From Gemmatimonas sp. (GTDB lineage: Bacteria > Gemmatimonadota > Gemmatimonadetes > Gemmatimonadales > Gemmatimonadaceae), in contig OZ257156.1 in NCBI GenBank assembly GCA_965279375.1, positions 2,688,001 through 2,752,000 on the forward strand: a DNA stretch of 64,000 nucleotides, given 5' to 3'. Position 1 is the stretch's first letter. Each line of letters starts with the position of its first letter. Under the pieces are notes generated by a model. It worked only from the letters and a program-made list of their open reading frames with translations. It was not told the origin of the DNA and did no database searches. Shown one piece after another: positions 27,089 through 37,398 of this stretch. Both the position numbers and the translations under genes were made by a program.

Positions 27089-29362
27089 TTAAGGCACCGT
27101 GGCAGTGAACACCACCGGATTATTGGTGATGCCCGTGCCGGTCACGGTCGCCGTGAGCGTACGGGCACCCGCGCCCGCACCCATCAACCACGCCGTCGCG
27201 ACGGCATTGCCATTGATGTCCGTGAGCACCGCCTGCGAGGCCGCCCCGTTGACCGTGTGCGGACCAGAGCCGCCCGTCACGAAGGTGACCGAGACGCCGG
27301 CGACGCCGTTACCGAACTGGTCGGTCACGCGCACCGCCGGAGCCGTGGTGACCAACGTGCTCGCCACCGCCGCCTGCGACGTGGTGGTCACATTGGCCAC
27401 CGTTGCCGCTGTGAGCGCGGTACCGACGACGTACCACGTCGGCTCCGCGCCGTTCAGGTTGATGCCGCCAACCAGCGCTCGGATACGGTAGGTACCCACC
27501 GAGGTGCCAATGCGCCACGTGCCCAGCTGCGCCAGACCATCGGCCGCTGTGGTCTTCGTGAAGCCGGTGAGCACGTTCCCGCTGCCAGAGACCACTTCGA
27601 ACGTGACCACTGCTCCGATGATCGAGTTGCCGTTGGCGTCCATCACCTTGACCGTCGGCAGCTGCGTGCCCGGCACGAAGCTGTTGACCGGGAGACTGGT
27701 CAACGCACTGTCGCCCACCACCTGCACGACCGAGGCAGAACCGGCAGTGGCCGTCGCGTTGAAGATGACGTCCGGCAAGCCGAGCAGCGATGCGTTCAAC
27801 GTCTGGTTGCCCGCGATCGGGCCGAGGCGCCAGCTACCAACGGTGGCGATGCCTGCTGCATTGGTGACCACCGAGCCGTTCGTGACCGACCCGCTGTTGA
27901 CGCCCGGTGTGAACGTCACCGTGACGCCTCCAACAGGGTTTCCGCGCCCATCGCGCACGATCACCGACGGAGCCGTCAGCAGCAGCGAGCCCGACGTGGA
28001 GCTCTGATTGTTGCCGGCCGCGATGGTCATCGACGACGGAGCGCCAGGCGTGGCGGTCGCCGAGAAGGTGACCGGGCTGCCAGCAACCGTGATGCCCGTG
28101 GCCGTAGCGCGCAGGGTGTTGGTGCCCGGCGCGTCACCCAGCGTCCACGCGCCGACTGTGGCGACACCGTTGGCGTCCGTCACCGGACGACGGGCCACCG
28201 CGGAACCACCACCCGTCAGCACCTCGAACAGCACTTCCTGACCGGCGATGGGGTTTCCCAGCGCATCGGTGATGCGCACCGCCGGATCAACTGGCAGCGT
28301 GCGACCGACCTGCGCCGTCTGGTTGTTACCCGCGGAGATCGTCATGGCCGCCGCCACACCCGGGCGCGCCGTCACCGTGAAGACGATTGGGGCGAGCGTG
28401 CCCACGGTGGCCGTCAGCGTGTACGTACCCGCCGAGGCACCCACCTGCCAGCCATCAGGCGAAGCGACGCCCGACTGGTTGGTGGTCTTCACGCCGTTGA
28501 CGACGGTGGAGCCCGTCGAGGCGCTGAAGGTCACCGTCGAGCCGGCCACCGGGTTCCCCGTGGCGTCGACCACACGGATCGTCGGGATCGGCGTGACCAG
28601 CGCGCCGACCGAGGCGGTCAGTGTCGTCACGCTCTGCGCGGTGGCGGAAGCCGCCGCTCCGGCCGTGCCGTTGGCGTTGAAGGTGATCGGGTTGGACGTG
28701 ACGCCGTTGGCGACCACCAGTGCCGTCAGGCGGTTGGTGCCGGCCGCGGGGCCGAGCGTCCACGAACCAAGCGTCGCGATACCAACGCTGTTGGTGGTGG
28801 CGCCGAAGCCAGTGACCGAGCCGCCGCCGGAGGCGACGGTGAAGAAGACCGACGTGCCGTTGACCGGATTGTTGAAGCGGTCGCGTACGACGACCGCGGG
28901 AGGGATCGTCACCGCCGAGCCAGCGACCGCGCTCTGATTGTCACCAGCCTGAATGGCGACTGATGCAGGAGCGCCAGCGGTGGCCGTTGCCGTGAAGCTG
29001 GCCGCGGTCGCTACGCCGGTAACGCTGGCCGTCACGCGCTGCGGCCCCGTGGTGCCACCGAGACGCCAGCGCGTGCTGGCTTCGCCGGAGTTGTCGGTCG
29101 TGTCGACGGCGGGAGAGACCGTACCGCCACCCTCGGCGACCGCGAAGCTGACCGGAACGCCGCCGCGAGCGACGCCCTGATCGTCCGTCACTTTAACCAC
29201 GAGTGCTTCGGGGATGAGGTCACCGACGCTGCCGGTGAACTGGGAGGTGCTGACAACCGCAACCGCTGCGAGCGGGCGCGGCCCGTCGTCGCCTTTGCAG
29301 GCGGCCAGCGCGGCGGCCGACAATACCAGCGCTGACCAGGAGAGAGGAGCGCGACTCTTCAT
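27089..29362 (-). CDS. Lipoprotein of about 7 tandem Big_1 (invasin/intimin-like) Ig domains
   Basis: Lipobox LAAC; repeated GxNQ...PAVxVxDxxGNPVxGxxVxF...TxxxGxAT..WxLG. Confidence 0.85.
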   Translation of the reverse strand: MKSRAPLSWSALVLSAAALAACKGDDGPRPLAAVAVVSTSQFTGSVGDLIPEALVVKVTDDQGVARGGVPVSFAVAEGGGTVSPAVDTTDNSGEASTRWRLGGTTGPQRVTASVTGVATAASFTATATAGAPASVAIQAGDNQSAVAGSAVTIPPAVVVRDRFNNPVNGTSVFFTVASGGGSVTGFGATTNSVGIATLGSWTLGPAAGTNRLTALVVANGVTSNPITFNANGTAGAAASATAQSVTTLTASVGALVTPIPTIRVVDATGNPVAGSTVTFSASTGSTVVNGVKTTNQSGVASPDGWQVGASAGTYTLTATVGTLAPIVFTVTARPGVAAAMTISAGNNQTAQVGRTLPVDPAVRITDALGNPIAGQEVLFEVLTGGGSAVARRPVTDANGVATVGAWTLGDAPGTNTLRATATGITVAGSPVTFSATATPGAPSSMTIAAGNNQSSTSGSLLLTAPSVIVRDGRGNPVGGVTVTFTPGVNSGSVTNGSVVTNAAGIATVGSWRLGPIAGNQTLNASLLGLPDVIFNATATAGSASVVQVVGDSALTSLPVNSFVPGTQLPTVKVMDANGNSIIGAVVTFEVVSGSGNVLTGFTKTTAADGLAQLGTWRIGTSVGTYRIRALVGGINLNGAEPTWYVVGTALTAATVANVTTTSQAAVASTLVTTAPAVRVTDQFGNGVAGVSVTFVTGGSGPHTVNGAASQAVLTDINGNAVATAWLMGAGAGARTLTATVTGTGITNNPVVFTATVP

Positions 29363-29542
29363 GGGGCAATAGAGTTGTGGGCGGGAATCCCACCGGCGTA
29401 CAGTCGTAGCACCAGTGGCGGAGATGCACGCAACGTGCATTGGGGTGCTGCGTGTGACAGTAATGCAGGATTAACAAACTGGAAAGCAGCAGGGATCACA
29501 CGCGCCATCACACAAACGCCACGTTTGTAAGTGGGACGCTCT

Positions 29543-30262
29543 CTACAGGCTGTTCCGCAGCTGGGCCGGCAGTGATGTCGGCGCCAAGTGCAATGTGTGG
29601 GCCATGCTCTGCGTCAACGCGTCTTGTACGTCAGCGAGTGATGGTGTGTTGATCCCAAGTCGCTCGCATTCGCGAGCGACAGTGCTCATCTGTACGCCGT
29701 CGATTCCGCAGGGCACGGTGTGATCGAACGTCGCCAAGTCATTGGTCACATTGAGCGCCACGCCGTGCCACGTCACCCAGTCGCGGGCGTGGACGCCGAT
29801 GCTCGCCAACTTCACCACGCGACCATCGGCATCGGTTCGCCACACACCGGTCAGGCCCTCCACGCGCCCTGCCTCGAGTCCGAACGTTTCGAGGGCATCG
29901 ATGACGGCCTGCTCGATCTGACGCAGATACCAGTGCAGATCCTTTTTGTGCCGCTTGAGATCCACGATGGGGTAGGCGACCAATTGCCCCGGCTCGTGAA
30001 TGGTCACGTCGCCACCGCGCTCGACGTCGCGGAGCTGAATGCCGAGCGCACCGAGGTACTCGGGCGTGGCCAACAGATGCCCCGGCTTGGTGCTGCGCCC
30101 GAGTGTGACGACGGGCGGGTGTTCACAGAGAATCAGGAGATCCTGCGGTAACTCCCCGCTGATGCGCATGGCCGCTGCGCGTTTCTGCAGCGACCATGCG
30201 TCATCGTACGGGACGAGCCCCAGCGGGAGCGTGTAGAGCAGCTCGTCGTGCCGTGGACTCAC
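29543..30262 (-). CDS. lipB: Octanoyltransferase LipB
   Basis: EHPPVVTLGR, RGGDVTIHEPGQLVAYPI, KLASIG, HGVALN, PCGI. Confidence 0.95.
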   Translation of the reverse strand: MSPRHDELLYTLPLGLVPYDDAWSLQKRAAAMRISGELPQDLLILCEHPPVVTLGRSTKPGHLLATPEYLGALGIQLRDVERGGDVTIHEPGQLVAYPIVDLKRHKKDLHWYLRQIEQAVIDALETFGLEAGRVEGLTGVWRTDADGRVVKLASIGVHARDWVTWHGVALNVTNDLATFDHTVPCGIDGVQMSTVARECERLGINTPSLADVQDALTQSMAHTLHLAPTSLPAQLRNSL

Positions 30263-31662
30263 GCGTGGAGCATCTTGCCCATGCTGTCGAGCACCGCCTC
30301 GCCGATCGCCTCGGAGAGCGTCGGGTGTGCGTGCACGGCCAGATCGATCTCTTCCACCGTGAACTCGTTCTCGCGGGCGACGACGAGCTCGTGAATGATC
30401 TCCGTGGCGTTTGCGCCCACGATGTGTGCACCGAGAATTTCACCGTACTTGGCATCGCGGATGATCTTCACGAAGCCGTCGGTCTCGCCGCTGGTGCGGG
30501 CGCGTCCGTTCGCCGAGAACGGGAACTTGCCGACCTTGTACTCGAGCTTCCTGTCCTTGCACTGCTGCTCGGTCAAGCCGACGGATGCAACTTCCGGATG
30601 GCAGTAGGTGCAGCTCGGAATGTTCGCATAGTTCACGAGATGCGCATGCTGGCCGCCGAGGAGATCGGCGAGCACGTGCCCTTCGCGTGAGCCCTTGTGG
30701 GCGAGCATCTGATTGCCGGCGACGTCGCCGATCGCGTAGTAGCCCGGGACGTTCGTCTCGAACTTCTCGTTGATCTTGATGAACCCGCGATCGCTCTTGG
30801 CGATGCCCACGGTTTCAAGTCCGATCTTCTCGACGTTGGGCGCGCGACCCGCGGCGACGAGGATCTTGTCCACCTCGAGCGTCTGCGCCTTGCCGCCAAC
30901 TTCGACGACCATCGTCGCGCCGGTCTTGCTGACCTTCACGCTCGTGATCTTCGCACCGGTGAGGATCTCGATCTTCCGCTTCTTGAAGGCCTTGGCCAGT
31001 TCAGCCGAGCTGTCGGCGTCTTCGATGGGAAGAATGGTCGGTGCGACTTCCACGAGGGTGACCTGCGTGCCGAACGCGTTGAACACATCGGCGAATTCGC
31101 AGCCGACGGCGCCGGCGCCGACGATCACCATGCTCTTGGGCGCCTTCTCCAGCACCAGCGCTTCATCGCTCGAGATGACCACCTGCTTGTCGAGCTCGAG
31201 GCCGGCCTGCGGGAGTCCCTTCACGCGCGAGCCGGTGGAGATCACGACAGCCTTCTTGGCCTCGTGCGTTTCCTTGGTGCCGTCGGCGAGCGTGACGGTG
31301 ACCTTCTTCCCCTTCTCGACGGTCCCTTCGCCCTTGATCCAGGCGATCTTGTTCTTCTTGAAGAGGAACTCGACGCCCTTGGAGTTCTGTTCGCTGACGC
31401 CGCGCGAGCGCTTCATCGCGACGCCGAAGTCAAGCGACACCTCGCCCACGGTCACGCCATGCTGTGCGGCGTGCTTAAGCTGGTTGGCCATGTTGGCGCT
31501 CGCGAGCAGCGCCTTGGCGGGGATGCAGCCCCACACCACGCAGGTGCCGCCGAGCTTTTCACGCTCGATGACGGCAGCGGTCAGACCGAGTTGGGCGCAG
31601 CGCAGTGCGCACACGTATCCGGCGGGACCGCCGCCAAGAATGATGACGTCGTAGGCAGCCAT
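30259..31662 (-). CDS. lpdA: Dihydrolipoyl dehydrogenase
   Basis: GGGPAGY, GGTCVVWGCIPAK, GAGAVGCE, HAHPTLSE. Confidence 0.97.
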   Translation of the reverse strand: MAAYDVIILGGGPAGYVCALRCAQLGLTAAVIEREKLGGTCVVWGCIPAKALLASANMANQLKHAAQHGVTVGEVSLDFGVAMKRSRGVSEQNSKGVEFLFKKNKIAWIKGEGTVEKGKKVTVTLADGTKETHEAKKAVVISTGSRVKGLPQAGLELDKQVVISSDEALVLEKAPKSMVIVGAGAVGCEFADVFNAFGTQVTLVEVAPTILPIEDADSSAELAKAFKKRKIEILTGAKITSVKVSKTGATMVVEVGGKAQTLEVDKILVAAGRAPNVEKIGLETVGIAKSDRGFIKINEKFETNVPGYYAIGDVAGNQMLAHKGSREGHVLADLLGGQHAHLVNYANIPSCTYCHPEVASVGLTEQQCKDRKLEYKVGKFPFSANGRARTSGETDGFVKIIRDAKYGEILGAHIVGANATEIIHELVVARENEFTVEEIDLAVHAHPTLSEAIGEAVLDSMGKMLHA

Positions 31663-31835
31663 AAAAATCGGAAGGCGGAATCAGCGTGCGGCGCGGAAGT
31701 CGCGCCGAATCGGCCGTGAATCGACGCGCCGTCGATTGAATACCGATGGCGAATCGAGCGTGCGGAAAGATACCGCGCGGAGGCCGCGCGCGAGTACCTC
31801 TCCGGCACGTCCGCTTTCGATTGGCTACTGCCTGA

Positions 31836-34800
31836 CTACTGCTTGACCACCGACCGCACGCCGTCGCTGAACACCACTTCGACCGCTCGTCCGTTGGTCG
31901 CGACCAGGTCACCCGAGTTGCGCACGAAGCCCATGAGCGCGCCCGTGGACGCATCTCGTACCATGGCCATCGGGAAGGCCTGCGTGTTCCAGCGCAGCTG
32001 CGTACGCGACCCGCCGACACTGCTGATGCTCGCCGCAGGATCAAGGGTCGCCGTCGCCTGCGCCGCGCTGCCCCCCGCACGAAGTGCGGCGGTCATCTGC
32101 TCTGCGGAGGCCAGCGGGGAGCGCACGTCCCGCACCCGAATCCGCGCCAGCGACTGCTCCAGCGTCGCGCTCCACGGCAGCACCACGGCGAACTGACGCT
32201 CGTCGTGCGTGAGCTCATGGTCCACGCGGTCGGCCGTGATCGGCAGGTCGAGGAGCGTGCCGCCCTGCGCGTCGAGCAGTTCGACCCGGTGCGAGGCACG
32301 TGCGGGCGTGGCCGACGCCGGCGCCTTCACGCGGAACGACGGCTCGAGGATGACGCGCCCGTCCACCACACGTCCCCACACCAGCAACCCTTCAGTGGCC
32401 GCCTGCGTCCGCAGCGCGGCCGTCTGGAAGCCGTTGGCCTGACGGTATTCGAGGATCTTGGTCCAGGTCCAGTCGCTGATCCACTGGTTGTTGCAGTAGC
32501 CCATGACGTCGGTCGCGCTCGTCGACACGAGCGTATTGGTCAGCGAGTTCCAGCCGTACATGCCGATGACGCCGCCCGGGTACGGATACGCCGGATCACC
32601 GGAGACATCGCAGGGCGAATGCGGACGGGAGAAGTTGTGCCCCCACTCATGCACCGCGACCTCGTCGCCGCTCGGCAGGTAGTCCCACCCGATGGCCGCA
32701 CGACCGGGCACGTAGCCATAGCCCGCAACTCCGCTGTTGTAGCTGACCTTCACCACGCCGTAGTAGTGCATCGTGGCCGGAGCGCCGTCGGTGGTGCGGA
32801 GCGCGTTCATCTCGCTCAGCACCGTGAGCCAGGCACCGTTCCCATCACTGGCCTGCAGTGCCGCAGCACTGGAGCTGAACGGCGCGCGCACATCGGAGAC
32901 CACATCGCGGATGGGCATGTAGCGCCGCGTGGAGGTCAGGAACCCTTCCTTGTTGGCCTCCGACACGTTGCCCGTGGCGCCGGCGATGGTGACCGGCACG
33001 AAGCGTACGTTGAAGGCCGGGACCGTGGCCACGGAAATGGTCTGCGGCGTTCCGCCACGCGGCCACACGTTGTCGGTGCGGTCGGTTTCGGTGATGGCTT
33101 GGTTCGGGTCCAACTCCACAAGCACCTTGAGCGTCGCGCGGACATTGGCCGCCGGGACGATCGTGTTCCACGTGGAAGCGAGGACGCCTTCGCTGCTGGT
33201 GGTGCGGATGCTGGCTTCCGGCGCCGTCAGCACGACCGTCTGCAGCAGCGTGGCGCCGTCGTAGATGCGCACGCGTACGTCGGGACGCTGCGTGTTGGCC
33301 TGACTCGCAGTCACGAAGACGCGGAGCAGGGCATCACGATTCGCCACCAGCGTTACGCCGCCGTCGGGGCGTTGCGTCGCCTGGGTGAGATAGACGTTCT
33401 CGACGGCCATGTTGAACACGCCGGTGTTTCCGCTTGAGTAACTGAGCGTGGCCGTTGAGGTCCCACCCGCCGTGATCACGATCGGGACGGACGTCGGGTT
33501 GGGCACGTACGTGGTGCCGCCTGAGGAGACGTTGTTGGCGTTCAGCGTATACGTACCCGCGACCACCGGATCGATCGTGGCGGTGCCGATGATGGTGGTG
33601 CTGCCGTTCGCGCCCGTGAGCGTGAACGACGGATTGGCATTCTGCGGCAACCCGGTCACACTGAAGGCGAGACGGCCCGTACTCGCGCCGCCGCTCGAGG
33701 TGTAGGTGAACGCCGCGAAGGTGGTGGCGTTGATGTTGACCGTGAGCGCGCGACTCGCCGGTGCCGGCGTGTACGATACGCCGTTCGCAGTCACGGTGGC
33801 GGCGGTCATCGTGTACGAGCCGGCCGGCACGGTGAGCACCGCGGTGCCGTTGACGGCGGTCGAGCCGTTGGGACCCGTGAGCACGAACGTCGGCATCACG
33901 CCCGCCGGCATGCCGGTGAGATTGAAGGCGATGCGCCCGCCCGGAACGGCGTACGCCACGGTGGCCGGCGCCGCCACAAGCGACGCGGACACGACTACCT
34001 GCTGCGAGGTGGGCGCTGCCGTGTACGGCAGGCCACCAATCGTGACACTGGCGGCGGTCACGGTGTACGTGCCGGGTACGAGCCCCGCGACGGTCTGCGT
34101 GGTCGTCACCACCGAGCGATAACTATTGGGACCGGTGATCGTGAGCGAGCCTTGCCCGCCCTGCGGCAGACCGGTGATCGCCACGGCGATCGCGCCGGTG
34201 GTCAACGTGTACTGCACGGGCAAGCGCAACGTGTCGCCGAGCGCGACGGTCGTATCCGCGCTGGCGGGGGAAGCGCGATAGATGTAGCCGGCGTAGTTGA
34301 CGGTACCGGCGGTCATGCGCCACCGACCCGACTCGGCCGGCGAGATGCGCGACGTGGTCGTCACGGAGACGTCCTGACCACTCGGCGATGTGAGCGTGAT
34401 GTTGGCGGGCGTACCGCTCGCCAATCCGGTGACGTTCACGTCCACGACAGCGGGAAGCGGCGCATAGGTGACAGTCGCCGTGACGACGGCGCCGCCCGCG
34501 ACGATGTCCACACCTTGCGATGCGGGCGTTGCCGCATAGGTGCCGCCGCTCGTGCGCACGTTGCGCGCGGAGACGGTGTAGCGACCCGGCGAAAGCGCCG
34601 TGAGCGTCAGGCCGGCGCTTGCAACGCGCGAGAAGCCGCCGGGGCCAGTGATGGTGATGTCAGCGTTGACGCCGTTTGGCAGCCCGGACGTGGCCAGCGT
34701 GAGTACACCGGTTGTGATCGCGTACGCAAAGCGCGCGTTTGCCGTCGTACGTGCGCCGACTGCCAGTGAGACGGTGGGCACCAACGGCGCGTATGCAAAG

Positions 34801-35897
34801 CCGCCCGCGGTGACAGACGCTCCGGTGACCGTGTAGTTGCCGGGCACCAGCGAATCGATCGTGGCATCACCGGTGATGGTGCGCGAGCCGTTGCTGCCGG
34901 TCAGCGTGTAGACAGGCACAGCGCCCGCCGGCACGCCGGTCGATGCGATGACGATGCTGCCAACCTGCGCGCTGTACTGCACGAGAGCCGGCGCGGCGAC
35001 GAGCGTGGCACTGACGGTGATCGTCTGCGTGGCCTGCGCCGGTGCGAAGCTGATGCCGCCGATAGTCAGCGCGGGCGCCGACACGACGTAGATGCCCGGC
35101 GCCAGATCGGTGAGCGTCTCGGTGCGGGTGAGCGTGCGATTGAAGGTGCCCGGGCCGGTCACGGTCACGGTGGTGGTGGCGCCGGCGGGAAGTCCGGTGA
35201 TTGCCACGGCGAGCGCGCCGGTGCTCAGGGAGTACGCCACTGGAAAGCGCAGCGTGTCGCCAGGCACGGCCTCGGCCTCGCCTCCAACCGGCGTGGGCGT
35301 GTACGTGTAGCCCCCGTTCGATACGGGCTGCGCGTTCATCAACCACTTACCTGCGGCGGCGGGGCTGATCAGCATCGATGTGGTGACGACCATGTCGCCC
35401 CCGGTCGGCGGCGTGAGACGCACCAACGAGGCGACACCCTGCGGCAGTCCCGTGACCGTCACGTCGATCGCGGCAGCGACTGCGGCGTAGGCGACGAGTG
35501 CGCTCGTCGGCGGGCCGGCGGAGACATCGATGTTCTGCGTGGCTGTCTGCGGCGCATACGTTCCTTTGTCGGCACCGCCCGAGACCTTCACGGTGCTCGC
35601 CGTGATCGTGTAGCGCCCCGGCGCGAGCTCGGCGAGCGTGCCCGACGTCGTCATTGGGCGACTGAAGCCCGACGGCCCTGTCACCGTGAGGTTGGCCGCC
35701 ACGCCAAACGGCAGGCCGGAGACGGTGATCGCGAGCGCGCCGTTCGTGACGGGCGCAGGTTGCACCACCCCACCGCCGCCATTGGATCCGCCCGACGGTG
35801 ACGTCGGCGCTTCGCTAGCGGAGCAGGCAGCGAACATGACAGCGCTGACGGCGAGAGCCGAGAGCGAACGTAGCGTGCGGCCGACGAGGAGTTGCAT
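31836..35897 (-). CDS. Surface lipoprotein with 9 beta-sandwich repeats and a C-terminal zinc metallopeptidase (M66-like/metzincin)
   Basis: Lipobox FAAC; repeated GLPxG...TGP...PGxYTV units; HEWGHNFSRPH with Met-turn DVMGY. Confidence 0.85.
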   Translation of the reverse strand: MQLLVGRTLRSLSALAVSAVMFAACSASEAPTSPSGGSNGGGGVVQPAPVTNGALAITVSGLPFGVAANLTVTGPSGFSRPMTTSGTLAELAPGRYTITASTVKVSGGADKGTYAPQTATQNIDVSAGPPTSALVAYAAVAAAIDVTVTGLPQGVASLVRLTPPTGGDMVVTTSMLISPAAAGKWLMNAQPVSNGGYTYTPTPVGGEAEAVPGDTLRFPVAYSLSTGALAVAITGLPAGATTTVTVTGPGTFNRTLTRTETLTDLAPGIYVVSAPALTIGGISFAPAQATQTITVSATLVAAPALVQYSAQVGSIVIASTGVPAGAVPVYTLTGSNGSRTITGDATIDSLVPGNYTVTGASVTAGGFAYAPLVPTVSLAVGARTTANARFAYAITTGVLTLATSGLPNGVNADITITGPGGFSRVASAGLTLTALSPGRYTVSARNVRTSGGTYAATPASQGVDIVAGGAVVTATVTYAPLPAVVDVNVTGLASGTPANITLTSPSGQDVSVTTTSRISPAESGRWRMTAGTVNYAGYIYRASPASADTTVALGDTLRLPVQYTLTTGAIAVAITGLPQGGQGSLTITGPNSYRSVVTTTQTVAGLVPGTYTVTAASVTIGGLPYTAAPTSQQVVVSASLVAAPATVAYAVPGGRIAFNLTGMPAGVMPTFVLTGPNGSTAVNGTAVLTVPAGSYTMTAATVTANGVSYTPAPASRALTVNINATTFAAFTYTSSGGASTGRLAFSVTGLPQNANPSFTLTGANGSTTIIGTATIDPVVAGTYTLNANNVSSGGTTYVPNPTSVPIVITAGGTSTATLSYSSGNTGVFNMAVENVYLTQATQRPDGGVTLVANRDALLRVFVTASQANTQRPDVRVRIYDGATLLQTVVLTAPEASIRTTSSEGVLASTWNTIVPAANVRATLKVLVELDPNQAITETDRTDNVWPRGGTPQTISVATVPAFNVRFVPVTIAGATGNVSEANKEGFLTSTRRYMPIRDVVSDVRAPFSSSAAALQASDGNGAWLTVLSEMNALRTTDGAPATMHYYGVVKVSYNSGVAGYGYVPGRAAIGWDYLPSGDEVAVHEWGHNFSRPHSPCDVSGDPAYPYPGGVIGMYGWNSLTNTLVSTSATDVMGYCNNQWISDWTWTKILEYRQANGFQTAALRTQAATEGLLVWGRVVDGRVILEPSFRVKAPASATPARASHRVELLDAQGGTLLDLPITADRVDHELTHDERQFAVVLPWSATLEQSLARIRVRDVRSPLASAEQMTAALRAGGSAAQATATLDPAASISSVGGSRTQLRWNTQAFPMAMVRDASTGALMGFVRNSGDLVATNGRAVEVVFSDGVRSVVKQ

Positions 35898-36099
35898 TGC
35901 AGGGCAGTCGTGGAGAGCGACAATGACAGCGCATCTGCCGCGTTGCGCGGTAGAGCATCTCTCCGGGGACGACCCTGCTTGGCGAATGGTTCGCCGTGTG
36001 CCAGCGGTGTGACGGTTCGGCTGGCAGTGAAACGAAACGTGCGGTGACTCGAGCCGAAGCCCGAATCACCGCACGTTGTCTGCCTGCGTTTGCTGTTGT

Positions 36100-37395
36100 T
36101 TAGAACAGCATCATCATCGGCGATTCGAGCAGCTGCCGCACGGTCTGCAGGAACTTGGCGCCCACCGCACCGTCGATGACGCGGTGATCGCAGCTGAGCG
36201 TGACACGCATGCGCTGCCGCGGTACGAACGCGCCGTTTACCCACACCGGCTTCGTTTCCATGCCGCCGATCGCAAGAATCGCCGCTTCGGGCGGGTTGAT
36301 GATCGCCGTGAACTGATCGATCCCGAACATGCCAAGGTTGGAGACGGAGAACGTGCTGCCGGAGTATTCGGCCGGCGACAGCTTCCGTTCGCGTGCGCGC
36401 TTGGCCAACTCACGCGCCTCGCGGCCGATCTGTCCAAGCCCCTTGGTGTGCGCGTCGGTGATGACCGGAACGATCAGGCCATCATCGGTGGCGACGGCCA
36501 TGCCGAGATGCACGCGTGCGAAGTAGCGGATATGGTCGCCGTTCCAGTGCGCATTCACTTCAGGATGACGCGAGAGCGCGATCGCGACCGACTTCATCAC
36601 GATATCGTTGACCGACACCTTGAACTGATCGCCAGCGGCCACCATCTGCTCGCGCAGCTCGGTGACCTTGGTCATGTCGATTTCCGATGTGAGATAGAAC
36701 GTCGGAATCGGGCCGATCGACTCGCTGAGACGACGCGCGATGGTTTTGCGCATCTGCGTCAGCGGTACGTCCTTGAAGTCGCCATCGATCACCATGGCCG
36801 GCGCGCTTGGTGCGGTCGGCTTGGAGGAAGACGACGGCGCGGCAGCGGCAGCGGGTGCCGCGCTCTTCGCGCTGGCGCTTCCGGTGACCACGGCGCTCTC
36901 GATGTCGCGACGGATCACGCGACCGTTAGGTCCCGTGCCCTGCACCTGGTCGAGTGCGACGCCTCGTTCGGCCGCGATGCGCCGCGCGAGCGGAGAAGAG
37001 CGTACCGGTCCGCTTGGCGCCACGGGTTCCGCGACGGCCGTTGCAGCAGCGACAGTCGCTGCTGCTGCAGGCGCTGCTGCCGCCGCAGCCGGTGCAGCAG
37101 CTGGTGCCGCAGCGGCCGCAGGCGCAGCTCCGCCGGTCAATGCCGCGATGTCTTCATCGGCACCGGCGATGATACCGATCGTCTGACCGATCGGGGCCAC
37201 CGCGCCCTCCTCGACGAGACGCGCGCGCAGCACACCGTCGCCGCGTGCGACCAGTTCCATGATGGCCTTGTCAGTCTCGACTTCGGCGAGGGTGTCACCG
37301 CTCTTCACGGCGTCACCGACGTTCTTGAGCCACTTCACCAGGCGCCCTTCTTCCATAGTCGGAGAGAGCGCCTCCATCATCACTTTGGTTGCCAT
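36100..37395 (-). CDS. pdhC: Pyruvate dehydrogenase E2
   Basis: Lipoyl domain ETDKA, SSPLARRIA E3-binding domain, DHRVIDG. Confidence 0.97.
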   Translation of the reverse strand: MATKVMMEALSPTMEEGRLVKWLKNVGDAVKSGDTLAEVETDKAIMELVARGDGVLRARLVEEGAVAPIGQTIGIIAGADEDIAALTGGAAPAAAAAPAAAPAAAAAAPAAAATVAAATAVAEPVAPSGPVRSSPLARRIAAERGVALDQVQGTGPNGRVIRRDIESAVVTGSASAKSAAPAAAAAPSSSSKPTAPSAPAMVIDGDFKDVPLTQMRKTIARRLSESIGPIPTFYLTSEIDMTKVTELREQMVAAGDQFKVSVNDIVMKSVAIALSRHPEVNAHWNGDHIRYFARVHLGMAVATDDGLIVPVITDAHTKGLGQIGREARELAKRARERKLSPAEYSGSTFSVSNLGMFGIDQFTAIINPPEAAILAIGGMETKPVWVNGAFVPRQRMRVTLSCDHRVIDGAVGAKFLQTVRQLLESPMMMLF

Positions 37396-37398
37396 GGC

